From Amphiscolops sp. MND2022 (lineage: Eukaryota), in assembly GCA_964187785.1 (NCBI GenBank), contig OZ076409.1, positions 18,664,001 to 18,728,000 on the forward strand: 64,000 nt of DNA, in the 5' to 3' direction. The notes beneath the pieces are model-generated. The model saw only the letters and a list, made by a program, of their open reading frames with translations. It was not told where the DNA came from and searched no databases. A program made the translations under genes and the position numbers. Of this stretch, positions 27,155 through 40,500 are shown one piece after another; positions within the stretch are counted from its first letter, which is position 1; each line of letters begins with the position of its first letter.

Positions 27155-29830
27155 TTGCTTGAACAGTACACCAATGTCTTTCTACAACCTAGACATTAGT
27201 TTTTAGTCCCGAAAAGGTCTCCATGGGGATTTTTCCACTGGTCTATGGAGACTTCTCATATTAGAGCTCCGATGCGACGTGCGGGCACTCTCAAAGTCCC
27301 GACACGCCCCACAAGCGTGTAAAAACGTATCATAACGTTCCTGCGATTTCCTACATACCTCGGAGGTTCAAAAACAGGTGTTTAGCTAAAGTACATTGTA
27401 TTATCGGAATAACATCTAAAATAAGTTAAATAGGGATCAAACATCACCAAATACCTGCAAAAACCACAAATACGGTACAATAGACGAAGGAAACATCAGG
27501 CGTCAGTGTCAGCGAGTTTTGGACTTGCGAGGTGGCACATGCAAAATATGCAAACTTCTGAGTTCTCATCTCTTGGGCCATTCTTCGGGTTCTGCTGTTA
27601 GCTGGGACGTCTTCCGAGGGTAATGGCACCGCACGGCGATTTCGGGGATACTTTTATGGCGGGGTGTTCTCTCTCGGGCTGGGGGTGTTTTGTTGGTTTT
27701 TTCGTATTCTTTTTCAATTTTCTCACCCTGCCAGGTCGGCCATTTTGAATGATTTCATTTGCTATCGCACATTTCTAATTTTTCATCAAAATTTTGTCAT
27801 CAGTTTGCTGGACGCTACACAAGATTGTCTGTCATGGTTCGTTCATGGAAAATCATTCATGATCATGGGTTTTCGACGCATTACTTCTGTTTTGGTTTTC
27901 TTTTTATAATGAAGGAATACAGCGTTTTTCATCCATTTGGAATCCAAAAAACTTCTAGCGTTTCCTTTCTTAACCATGTTTGTTTCTATGTTTGCCATAC
28001 ATGATCCGAGCATTGTATTGCTGACTTCTGAAAAGAAAACTGTTCCATAAAACAATAAACATCAAGTTTTTGCTGATTTTTGTGCTCCTCAATACCATTC
28101 TAAAACAATTCAATTCAAGAATTGAATCACTTTTCAGCGCCATTCCCAATTTTTGAGTTTACCATTAGAAAGTAATTCCTGCCTCGCAAGAAAATATTTG
28201 ATATGCAAGCCGATGTACCTTATTTAACCAAGAGTTTGAGAAACTAAATAAACTCAGTGTTGTGATTGGTGCAACCTTCGAACATCATGCATACATCAGT
28301 TCAAAAGTCAGGTCAATTTCTGACTGCATGAAGTAATCGCGTTTCATTTTTGTTTAGAGCGGCCATTCGATCGTTCCAGCATACTTAGCATTATTGATTT
28401 TTAAGCGTTTGATCAAGTTATGAATTTACATGCTTCACAAATGCACTTTGTTCTTTAATGGCCCCTAAACCTCGTGATAGACCTGCAGTAGTTTTCCCAA
28501 ATGGCCAATTTGACTTGATTGATTGTTTCTTCAACAACTTATTGACGAGTGGTCAGCCTTATCTTGACCTAATTTAGAGGCTGTGCAGACACGCCTTCTA
28601 TGAGAAAAGTATCATTAACATTTCCTGAATTCTCCATTTTCAACATTCAACAGGCCTAGTAATCTTCAAAACTCCCTGGACGAAAGTTAGTACAATGTTA
28701 ATAGAAACCAGACCCCTTAGAGACCAGATAAATTCAACCATCCTCTTCGTCGTTTTAGAAATTTTGCGATACTTTACGTAGACGGTTCATTTCAACGTTT
28801 CGCTATTTTCAGCCCAGTTTCATGAATGCCGTTCTGCAATCTGCATTCATTTCTAACTTTTGATATCGGTTTGACTAGTTAAAGTTAAGTATGAGAGCTC
28901 AGACGTTCCCAAGTGTGTTTTAGAGACTTCATAAAATGCATTTTGATAAAATTCAAGGATCCATCTGAGATGTCTATACTTTTTGGCACCTTGGGCACGG
29001 ATCGTCAACTTGAGTGTAACTAGAGACAGTTTTGAACCTGTCATGCTCAATGATAACGCCGAACATTTTTTGGACAGATAATTCAGGAAAAAAATACAAC
29101 ATTAAAGCATGAAAACATAGATGTGGAAAAAAAATGAACGATGAAAAAAGTCTGAAATGCCAGAAATGGACTTCCATTTGTCCGGATGACAAATATCCCG
29201 GAACCTCTCTGTCCATTTATTATAATGAATACTCACATGCGGGTATTGGATTGAATAATGCTTTCCGTGTGAATCCCCTAACGTTTTCCCATGTTCCACA
29301 GACAGTAGATTTTGTTGTAATGGAATATATGCCCCTGTACTCTATCAAAGTATGCGTTTTTTGATTTTTTTATAATTTACCAAGGTATCTTTCTAGGACC
29401 GTTTTCTCTAAAACTCAATCTTCAAATTTATTTTTACACAAACTTATTACGCGTTATTTGTAACAATTACAGATCGTAGAGTACAATGAAGGACGTCTTC
29501 GAAGTGTTCTGAGCGAAATTGTTTTTTCGGGCAAAGTGCCTTACACGTTTAAAGCCCGCAAGTCTGACTCCCTAGTGTGTAAGATGTTCCATGCTTGATA
29601 TCTTTCCGCTAGTGACGCGTCCAAATTAAAATCATCAACCTGTTGAAATTTATGAAAAAAAAACTTTTTAAACTTTTTCAGCTTGTAACTTATAGCAAAA
29701 GTATTACATGATAGAGCTGGGACATTCCTTAAGTTACCTGGACAGGAGACCACAGTCTATACACAAGCCTGACTGTTTTTCTCCCAAAACGGTCTCCTGG
29801 TGCATTTTTCTAACGTCGAGGAGACTCCTC

Positions 29831-31413
29831 TGTAATGACTACGACCTGCAATGTCTCTTAAATCGCAATAGAACTCACAATGTTCTGGATTTCAGGAATA
29901 ACTCTTTCTGCAATGGCATTACTGATAGCTCTATTTTTTTGGCTATGCATCATGGACATCATTGAGTCCATTTCTTGTGATAATCTGAGGTTGAATTCAT
30001 TTGAAAAGGTCTCAAGGGAATGTCTAATATCATCTTGCCTAGGAAGGTCGTTTTCACAAGCAAAATTAGTATACTGATTTCCCAAGTGTTCATTCGACTC
30101 TACGTCTCCCTGTACTGATGATTGTTCGATAGCATCAGTTAATTCTCTTTCTATGGGATTACTAGTCCCATTTCCTAACATCACGTCCATATTTTCTATA
30201 CCGGACAACATGTCCATCTCTCTAGATTTTCTTGCCCTTGCTTTCTGGCGTCTGGTAGAAGGCATAAGAGATTATTGCAAGATTAAAGAATTTGAATTGG
30301 AATCTTTGAGCTTGCAAACAGTATTTTATTCGGTTATTCAACAACGAACTGACTGTGACTTGTCATAGGAAAATTATATCCCCGGGACCACGGGTCCCGG
30401 TTTTTTATAATTGACCTTTGCATGACATACATAATATTGAGAGTCATCAGTCTAATTTTAGTAACAACCATTCTATAAATAGACATGTATGACTACGTGT
30501 CTTTACAAACGTAATAACATGTTTCTAAAAATAGTAACTGCCATGACGTAATTCATTTACACACGTATATGTATATGCACGCATATAAAAGTAGCAGCTG
30601 CTTTCATGATTGTTCATGTGGCCCTTCAGGCCATTCAATTGTATTTCATCAGCAACACTACATGTAGAACATTTCATGTTAATTACATGTAATAGGTATA
30701 CACAAAATGGTACATAGACTCATGGGTCATCATTTACAGCTTTCCATGGCATAAATTACTCATCTAATCCTTTACCCAAGGTATTTTGGGAAGGAAGCAA
30801 AGATGGGGGGGAAAGGACTGGAAGTCCTTTTGTAATCTCAGAGATGTAGTTTAATCAAAGCGTTTCTAAAGTAGCATCGTTTCTAAAATAGCGCACTGCT
30901 ATCTCTAGTATTCGCACCAGCTTATATTCAATTTTGGACTCAATGTCCACGCGCCTTTGTTTGGTATAAAGACTGTGTCAGTTTGGCGGCATATGGCCTT
31001 TGAGTCTCTGATTTTCGAATACAGCACGGGAATGAATACAGCACAGCAAATAGATGAATAGCGTCCTGTGATTGGCTGATTTTAATTGGACTGCTTGTCT
31101 GCGCTGACAGGAGAGGAAACACTTTGAACGCGTTTCCTCTACCTGTACGCCTTGGTGTCCAATTTAAAGCACATTTAAGTATAATTACATGCTTTATCTC
31201 ATAACTAAGAGCAATATTATTATCAAATGTATGGAATTACATAATACAATAATACAAAACAGTTCATCACAAAAGTTCTAATAATAGTTCCTTTGGACTT
31301 CCTGGCTCAAATCTCTGTGCCTTCTCATTCTAATGGGATTGTTCCGGGTAAAGCCCTGCAGTATCCATATGCAATTGTATACCAATTTCCATCGCAGGCG
31401 GCCGTCTGCGACA
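29831..31413 (-). repeat. G1 3' LTR (1583 bp; 115-bp deletion relative to the 5' LTR)
   Basis: Aligns to 43785-45482 at offset 14069 apart from the deletion near 29868. Carries a truncated copy of the gag start (ORF 29858-30265). Confidence 0.95.
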
Positions 31414-32146
31414 CTCCCCCTGGCATTAATAAAAATGTTCCAGCCGCCATGCCGTCCAGGAAAGCTCTCTTTCTTCTCTCAGTCTCAGCCAGTGTTTCCC
31501 CTGGGATAACTGTTTTGCTGAGGTAGTCGTTGACTCTCTCGTCTTGTATTTGCTGGACCGGTTTCCCGCAGACCACACAGTCTGAGCAGCCCAGTAATCC
31601 AGCATTCCCAGACACCGTCATGTCATTGAAGTGGTTAGCCACGCTTTCGACCGGAGTAGGGCCCGTAGAGTAGGAACAGCTTGGTGTTTCTTGTCCACAA
31701 CTCGGCCCTCTGTCTTCTGGCGGTGGTGACATTGGGCTATCTACGTTAGGTCGTAAGTCCCTGCAGATATTGATAGGGTGGTTAGGTCTTACACGGTCGT
31801 CTCTCCCAATAGGCCCATTGCCCATGCCCAGGTTGAAAAATTGTTGAGTGAAGACGGGGAAGGGCGGTAAGTCCGGCCTGGGCGTTCCGCACCTAACTTG
31901 AGCCTCAGATTTTTCAGAGTTAGGAATAGCAATGGGTTCAGCCATTTGTCTTTCTACACATCTCGCCATAATTTCGATGTCTGACATTTCTTCTTCAGAT
32001 GAAACGTTAACATCATCCACCGAGTCTCCGTCGAAGGATTCCATTCTCTCGTCTTCATCACTTGAGATATAAATTATTGCAGGAGCCCCCTCAGATTGAG
32101 CAGCACCCAGGAAGTCCATAGGGAACAATTCAGGAAAATCAGACAT
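31325..32146 (-). CDS. G1 accessory sense ORF, 273 aa, unknown function; runs through the PPT into the 3' LTR
   Basis: Intact ATG-initiated ORF with an acidic N-terminus (IIYISSDED), a Pro-rich middle and a CSDCVVCGK motif. No signal peptide or TM segment is apparent. Confidence 0.6.
   Translation of the reverse strand: MSDFPELFPMDFLGAAQSEGAPAIIYISSDEDERMESFDGDSVDDVNVSSEEEMSDIEIMARCVERQMAEPIAIPNSEKSEAQVRCGTPRPDLPPFPVFTQQFFNLGMGNGPIGRDDRVRPNHPINICRDLRPNVDSPMSPPPEDRGPSCGQETPSCSYSTGPTPVESVANHFNDMTVSGNAGLLGCSDCVVCGKPVQQIQDERVNDYLSKTVIPGETLAETERRKRAFLDGMAAGTFLLMPGGVSQTAACDGNWYTIAYGYCRALPGTIPLE
31414..31423 (-). other. G1 polypurine tract
   Basis: Minus strand CCAGGGGGAG immediately before the TGTCGC start of the 3' LTR. 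Confidence 0.8.
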
Positions 32147-33387
32147 TGATCTGGTTTTTAATATTTTCTTGGCAATTTTGATAATGTAAGAGTTTCAAGT
32201 CGAGGTGGCTTTTCTAGAGCGACTGATCTGATCGATTGAAATATTAATAATGGCGATCGTTTCTCTTATCAGTCCGCTGAGTCTTGTTGCCTCTCGGTTT
32301 GCTAATCCCCGGGTTTTCCCTTTTCGATTCCGAGTTATTTTTCAATAACAAAATTTTCCGGGTAACTTTCTTTTAACTATTTATTATAATCACTTTGAAA
32401 TTGCCGACAGCGGCATTATTGACACTCATGGCCCTCATCATCACCTTCACTTCTTAAGCACCGAGATGAGTGTTTATTAACACTCATAGTCCACTTGAAA
32501 GTTTTAAGAGGGTGAGAATTCGGTCGGAGGCCGCGCTGTCTCGCCTTCCTGGTGGTAGCCAATCAAATTTCGTAAATATGATTCCATTGATAAAATGGCG
32601 ATCCAAGGCCGTAAATCCTTATAAGGAATAAAATAATATGACCTTGAAAACAAAATAAAGTAGAATAAAGTAAAATAAAATCATGAAATAATTTTGCGAA
32701 ATAACAAAGTTTTCGAGATAAATAAGGGAAATGCAGATATCGCTGGCAGACTCTATCCACATAATGCCATAAATAGTAAATAGCAATGAATTTGACACCA
32801 AACTGTATAGCCACGAACTCCAATCTTGACATCTTGTCACATCGCCTACTCATCTTTTCAATTCCTTACTTTCAATTCCACATTTTGTTCTTCTATTACC
32901 CGGTATTTAACCATCATTGTATTTATCCACTTCTAATTTAGTCGATAGTTAGTCTTTAAGTCACTTCTATTTATATCTTCCAACTAGTTACATCCCGTCT
33001 TCATCCTAGGACTCAGTGTCCACTCGTCCTCATCCTTGTGGATTTTTCTGGAACACCGCGGAAAATCGACATCCAGTCCCTTCTCAATCTACCCTGCAAT
33101 CGGCAGTCAGTTCACAACAGCACTTCACTGCAATCTACTTGTCTCATCCCCTGTTTTCTAAATTTCAAACAGGTCAGTTGATTCCGTGTTTTCATCAATG
33201 AATGTTTTAATTTCGAAACTAGGCAGAGGCTTGATCAGGGCTCTCATTTAGTTCACGTACTTCCTGTCCACATAACACGAGTGTTCACAAGTGTTCAATC
33301 AAATCTACTTCCGGAAGATTTTAAGTGCGGTAAATGGATTTTAATTCAGGAAGTTTGCCGCTAGATTTCATTCCTGTCTATTTAGAC

Positions 33388-36300
33388 ATGACCACTGAGG
33401 AATCAACAGCTGAAGTACCACAGCTCGAAAACAATATTGCTGGGTCCGAACAAGCAGTCCTTACTGTACCGGTTGGCGAGCAGGTCGACAATCGTCCCCC
33501 TTCGAACCAGTCGAATAGCAGTAGCAATACTGAGGGAAGCCTCACCTTCTATGCCGACAAAACACTGCGTGCCTTGGCTGCCAACGATCCTTCTCTGGAC
33601 ATTGCGTTCCTCCCGCCCACCACTGCGAGCGTCCAAACTGAGAAAACGGGTGACGAACGACAAGATGCACCTTCTACTGATAGCCCACAGAAGGAGTTGA
33701 ATACAAACCGAACTGGTTTGACACTAATGCAAGGAACTTCAGGCGGTTTAGCCAACAAAAACGCAACACCAGACAATGGTAGGGATTACTTCAGCACTGA
33801 TGCGAGTGAGTTTGAGGAGTTGTACGATAGCATGGGAGCTGAGGGAGTCCAGAACAGGCCAACTTCCAGCATTGTTGGGCCAGACCTCCCATCGTTTCCA
33901 GATGACCGCCTAGAGAGTAGTAAGAAAGTTACGGAGGGAGGCCCCGCCGGGTCGGAAAGAAAAGAGCCGAAATTGCCAGAGCAGTTTTCAGCAAACGGGA
34001 GAGCTGAACTGAGGAAACACTTCTCCTCAGCTCCACCAATAGTACTCCCAAAAGGTCACACGACCGTATCGTTCAGTGAGCCCCAGATTCATGCGGTCTT
34101 GAAAACCATTTCGGACGAGACTGTGAAATCATCAATCCATGCTATGAGGTCCCTTGTCATGCATGCGGTTTACGGAGGAGAAAACCAGACTCCAAGTCGG
34201 TTCCGAAAAGGAATGGTACGCGGGGCCACCCCAGCACGGGGAGCATCCACAAGTTCGGAAGGGGAGCCTGAAAGTGGTGGGTACACCACTGATGAGTACA
34301 CCAGTGGGGCTATCACCTCAGACGAGGAACAATATGTACAAACTGAAGGGAGAAGGGGCACATCAGGACCAGGACCAAGACTTCCCGCAATGCAGTTCTC
34401 AACAGCTAGTTCACACACCACCATTGAATGTCAAACAGTCCCCAGTCCTGGGTACAGCGAAGGGGACTACATACCATTGAGCGAAATGCACTCAGATTCC
34501 CAGCGACATCCCTCGGAAGCCAGTCCGCCAAGGAAGAGACGCAAGTTGGCAGGCAAACCCAGCAAAATTATGAAGCCTGCGTACTTCAAAGGCATACAAT
34601 GGACCAAAATCTTCGTGACCGGCTTATTAGATCCAGTGGATAATAAGCACAAGTTCTATTGCCAAATCTGCAAGACGAACGTCTCTATATACTCCAAAGG
34701 TGCCCGGGAAATTATCAGGCATTACCGATCAGAGGCCCATCTCCGAAAAGACCAAAGGTGGAGATTTGAACACCTGGGGCAAATCGATGCACTATCCGGC
34801 CTGACAGTCCATGCTGTTCGTGGAAAGGACGGACGCATCCTCTCAGCTCTCGATTTGGAGAAAGAGAAGCCATTGTTCTTGACAGCACCCTTGGTAGATA
34901 TAGGGCCAAGATTTCCCTTTTACGAGGACTACATGGCGGGCGTTGGTGGACTAAAAGACCCTGAGGATGTTCGATTGGCGACACAGATATCTCTCATTGG
35001 GCGATTCGTTCCGCATTTTGGCTTGATTGGGGGCCCTCACCTTAACAGTAAGTATTGTTTTCGTGCTTTCTTTGCTAACCCAACTAAGTAATAGGGAGAA
35101 ACGGTGGTTTGGATTCCCTAACAGGCCACCATACACACTAAGGATTTCTAGAGCTAATGCAACCTTATGGCCAAATGTCCATTTCAGGCGTTATTCCATC
35201 ACATCTTCTTGCGGGGTATGGAGGATATTGCACAGTCAGTAAATACGACTGGATCGTATTCGCTGGAATTTGAGCCTCACGGGACCCATTGCGTGCTGTC
35301 CATACGGTATTGGAAATCAGACCATCTGGTCAAAGTGCAACTGAATCGATACCTTTCAACCTCCGACCCCAATCCCAGCCAGTTGCAGCTCGTGTCCCAA
35401 CTTATTTCTTTCTTGTCCACGGAGCCTCAAATACCATGCCTCTCGGGCTGCACATCAGAAGTACTGCAGACAATTGAGCAAGCTTCCATCTTTAAGAAAG
35501 GAGTAGAGTACCCCTTCAGATTCAAAGCTCTGTCCCTCCTTCAGATTATGCACCAAAAAGAGGGTTGTGTGTTCGGCCGCATAGACTTTTATAGCCAGCT
35601 GAAGTATCTCATTGCCTTCCTGAGCAATAGCCTTGATGAGCCCTGGATGGTCAATTGTCCTGAATTAACTAAGGTATGGGAAGTTGCAAATTTTATATTC
35701 ACCCATCGTTTCTGAAGTGATAGCCCGGCTTTTTTTTCCTCTTCAGGCCATAACCAGTTGCGATTCGCGAATTCGTTCTCTTCCCACCCTCTGTTCAGAG
35801 ATCATTACAAACTGGCGTTTGTTCCACTACCATATCACCAGCATTGCTCCCAGCTACGAAATGATTGGAGTTAAAAACAAGATAACAAGTCACTTTGTCT
35901 ACTAGTCTCGATTGTCCTCTGTCCTACATGGTAGTATGGCTTGTACCCCATTAATGAGGTGTTGTTTCCTTTTAGCCTCAGAGCCTTGAATGGACAATCA
36001 TCAGCGATGACTTCTTTTGTGTCAAACTGGAATTCTACGGGAAAATCATTTATGATTGTAAGCAGGGTCGCTAAGTTAAAAGAACTTCAGTCCACCGTGA
36101 CTTTATTGGTTGTCAAGCACATGTAAGCAGTTCTTCTGTATACTTTGTTTTATTTAGACAACAAGTGTTTCGCAAGGAGCCTCGTGGGTCACCGGGACGC
36201 AGGGTTCTTCACTTTTGGACAATTAAACAGCTTTGTCCGAAAACTCCGCTACCGTTCTCTTTTGCCCAAATTCACGCCTAAAGAGACTGACTGTTCACAA

Positions 36301-37317
36301 TTGCCTCTCTTACGTACGGAGACTCTTCGGCAGCTTTCCACTAGAGGTTTTCTGGTGAGGCTGAAACTCAAGCAGGACTTGGATCAAGCCGCGACAGCTA
36401 AGGTCAAGCGAGATCACAGCGACAAAGAGGGACCAATACCGAATCTGGCTAAATTAGTTGACGACTGCAAGGAGAAGTTCGCCAGTAAGGCAAGAGGCTA
36501 CTTAGTGTTCCTCCTAGGAAAGTTTCTGGACCACCACAGTATGAATGCTGATATCGTCAGAGGTCTTGCCAGTTTCGATCCTCATATGCTTCTCGGCCTT
36601 CCCACAGAGCAAACTACTCACTGTTTCGCCGCTCTGTACAATAGTTTCAGCCTTCGGGGTTGGCTTGAGGGATCCACAGAAGACGATTGCCGGGATGAGT
36701 ATGTTGAGTTTGTGGATTTTTTCCGTGACAAATATGCCTTTCTCAAAGATTCTCCCGACGGATTCACAGACCTAGTGGGCTTGTTGTCTCAAATGCCAGA
36801 GCTCCGAAGTCAACACCATCTGTATCGGGTGTTCAGACTAAGTTGCTTGTGTCTGACAGAGGATACTGCTATGTTGCCGCCAATCCGCTTCCAAGATGTA
36901 GACGCACAGAGCCCCCAATGTAGATTAGGCGATGTATTGATGCCCGCTCAGTCGTATTTGACCCGAGTCGCTGACGCCATCACTGTTTGCAACAATGAAG
37001 ACGCTTTGATAAAGTACCGAGAGCTGAAGGCACAATTTAACTCTGGAAACGTGGCCGCCTACCCTTGGTCTCATGTCGATGCCTTTGGGAGAGCAGGGAT
37101 CTTCAAGTCTCTACTGGGTACCTACAAGTCGTTGTTTCAACCTCCTAAGTCTGCCTCTTCTGGTCGATCTGGATCTCGGTCTAGTTCCCCAGCAACTGGT
37201 GGTCGACGTAAGTCTTCTCCTGGGAAGGGTAAAAAGAAAGTCTCCTTTGATGGATCTGGGGTTCCGAAAGAAAGTGATAACAATCAGGATTCTGGATCAA
37301 AAGTCACTAAGCTCTAA
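33388..37317 (+). CDS. G1 antisense multi-exon cargo gene: BED-type zinc finger plus hAT-transposase-like domain (this copy has lesions)
   Basis: ORFs 33334-35091, 35167-35715, 35684-35905, 35941-36126 and 36145-37317. Donors at 33173, 35048, 35674, 36123; acceptors ending at 33385, 35187, 35746, 35975, 36157. Zn finger W..IF...FYCQIC..G..EIIRHYRSEAH (~34600-34740). In-frame stop at 35903; phase conflict at the 35047/35188 junction. Confidence 0.7.
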
Positions 37318-37548
37318 GTGTACATATTGTACATTTGTACTTTAGTCTGTTATTTTATAGTTAATCGTAAACTACCTGATGTCCTTTCTGTTTTATTATT
37401 CCATTTGTAAATTGTTTGTTGGCCAGTAGGTCTCTTTCGTTGTCTTCAGTATATTTATATAAAAAAGAATCAGAGTCAGTATAGTCCCAGTAAAAAGAAT
37501 TTCCATGTTAGTCCAAGGGACTTCCGGGACTTTAATTTACATAATTGA

Positions 37549-40500
37549 CTAATATCTGTGTTCATCAGTAAAGTTGGGGTTGGGGTTAGGTCGAAGATTA
37601 TATTTCCCTCCTCTAGGGCTAGGATTTTCCTCATTTCTTTCATTTTCCGATATTCCGGGCACGGTAATATCTACGCCTCCTTTTGAAGCAATTTCCTCGT
37701 TTTCTAAATCATTTGTGACGTCATTTTCATTTTTCGACCCACTAGGCGATTCGCTCAGAGGGGACGACGCATCACGGTTGCTGGCCGATCTCGGCCGTAC
37801 TTCATTCTCGTTGACGTCATTGTCGTTCATTCTATCGCTGCTGCGCTCACTTTCGTTTACGCTGCTGCTTTCATTCTCGGTGACGTAATAGTCGACTTCT
37901 CCGTTCGCGGCGTCCTGTGGCAGACGCGTGGCTGTGTGTGGCCAATCATTTGTCTTCGGCTCGAATAGCTCATACTCAAAGTCCGCTTCCCATGAAATGG
38001 TATACAAATCATCTTGCGGTATTACTATCTCCTCATCAGGCTGTAATTTTTCTTCTTTATATTTGTCCTCTAATGGGGTGTTTGGAACAAATTTTTTGAG
38101 CCTGATCCGGTGCAAAATCTGCGTTTTATTCGTATTTAAACGACGCACTATATAATTGTTATTCGGTAAGGTTTTTTGGACGACAAAGGGACCAATCCAT
38201 CGGAAGTCCCTAAATGGTATTTTAGAGCCTTGACTATCCGCTTTTGGTTGAAGAACAAAACAGTAGTCTTTTTCTTGTAGCGGAGCCGCTTTGGCTTTGC
38301 GGTCGTAGTACTCCTAGTACTTCAAATACGACTGCATAATATTCTTTTTTGTCTGATCAATGAGGATTTGCGTCCTCTGCTGTAATTCTTCCGCAAATTC
38401 AGTTGTCGATAGGAAAGTTTTATTAGGGTTATTTCCTAATTTATGATCAAGGACATTGTAGGGAATTCGGCCATGAAAGACTTTGCTAGGCTCACAACCA
38501 ATACTAGCGTGATAAGTAGTGTTATAGTTGAGCACTGCTAATGGTAAATATTTGTGCCATTGACGACGATACTCCCCTGAGGCCATCTCCAGGTTGGTTT
38601 TTAAAGAGGCGTGAGTCCTTTCAAGTTTGCCAATAGTTTGCGGGTGTTTAGTAGTGGCGCATTTCAGTGTGATTCCCAATATCTCAGTAATTTCTTCTAA
38701 AAACTTTGAGGTAAATGCGGACCCCTTGTCCGTGATGAGTGTTGTTGGCAAATACGAGTGTTTTGTCATTATATCGATAATGACTTTAGCTACATTTGCG
38801 GCTGTTGCCTCAGTGAGTGGGTAGGCAAAAAGATATCTTGAAAATACGTCTATTGCAGTCATCACTGTTTGGTATCCGCCGCTGGTTGGTAAATTTGGTA
38901 ATAAGTCGATTTGCATGGCATCTTCTGGCCCTAGGTCCCATTCGGAAAAATTTAGTAATTCTGGGGTAATTACCATGTTGGGAACCCTTTTGTCTTTGGC
39001 ACATGTTTCGCATCCTTCTACCCATTTTTTGACGTGTTTTGCAATTCCTGGGTAGTAATATTTTTGGCGAATTTCCTGTAACATTTTAGAAATGCCTGGA
39101 TGGCGATGCGCTGTACCATGTATTGCTTGTAATAGTTCTTGAACTGAGTGCTTCGGTAACAGAATTTGATGATATTTGATTTGGCCGATTTCGTCATAGT
39201 ACTGTCTTGTCGCAATTTCGTCTTTAAGAACTATTCGGTCTATGTTGTTCAAATAGTACTTATACCGAATATCTTGTTGTAGGATTTCTTCAGAATATTC
39301 CTCCTTTTGAAGTTTTGCTTTCAATTGGAGCAGAATCGGGTCTTTAGACTGTTCGAGCAGTATCTGTTTAGTTCGTCGTAATTTTTGTGTGAAGTTGGTA
39401 ATTTCTTCTATTGTATTTTCCGATATGGCATCAATGTGGATGACTGACTCAGGGACCATGAGTCCTTTTTTGGATTGTTTTTTCCGTTCCCAAATTTGTT
39501 CTTCTGTTTCGTTGTCCTCCTCAGTGAAGAAGATTTGCTCTTCCTCTGACACGCCGGCCGATTGGACATTGACCTCGATCGGTCTAGTTTCTACGTCCTC
39601 TCGTATTTTCAGGACCAACTTTTCAGTGGGGTCCTTTTCCATGCGGGACAGGTAGTCTGCCTCTGTGTTGTTCTTGCCTGGAATGTGAGCTATGATGAAG
39701 TTGAACTGAATTACAAAATCACAAGCATTCCAAAGTGGCGGTGGAATTATCTTGGTTTGGAAGAACCTCGTAACCGATTTGTTATCTGTGAGAATAATCA
39801 CGGGTTGAGGTGTTCCCCAGAATATATGTCCAAACTCTTTAAATGCATAATATATAGCTAGGAATTCCTTTGCATATATCGACATTTTGAGCTGAGAAGG
39901 CGTGAAAGTTTTGGATCCGTATGCAATCGGCGCATAGGACTTTTTAACAGAAGTGTGTTTTTGATTTGGGTCGTCTTCGGTCAATATGGCGTAACCGGCT
40001 GCTGTAAAACTTGCGTCAGTCATGAGGACTAGTTGTTTGTTCGGCAGAGGTTGTTTCAACGCCAATTGACTACATCGGTCTAAATCGCGGTTGATCTCAT
40101 TAAATTGTTCAAACAGCTCTTGCGTCACTAGTACCTTCTCATCCGTTTTGAGTAATTGGAAGAAGGGAACTAGTTTTTCTGATAGTCTTGGAATATAATT
40201 CCTGTAGTAATTGAGGAAACCAAGATAGCGTTGTAAGGCCTTCTTGGACTTTGGGAATTTCGTCTTTTCCAAGAAGTTAGTGATTCTTTCTTTTTGGGGC
40301 TTTACACCTTCAGGGGTGATGGTTCTCCCTAGAAAGTCAATTTCGGTAGTGCCAAAGTGGCACTTGTGCATGGACAGTTTGAGTCCGGCTTGTCTGATAC
40401 ATTCAAAAGTAGCCCGGAGGTTCGTTATGAGATGTTCGGCATCGTTGGCTGCGATGCCAATGTCGTCCACATATTGTGCGCATTGATCTGCTTTGATCAC

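Noticed and set aside
31325..37317. env gene in G1
   Set aside because: No signal peptide, furin site or TM anchor is seen; the large gene is antisense and has a nuclear-type Zn finger and basic NLS-like stretch (PPRKRRK).
33334..37317. Independent hAT transposon nested in G1
   Set aside because: No TIRs or 8-bp TSD were found by eye, and a homologue occupies the same position and orientation in G2. Not formally excluded.
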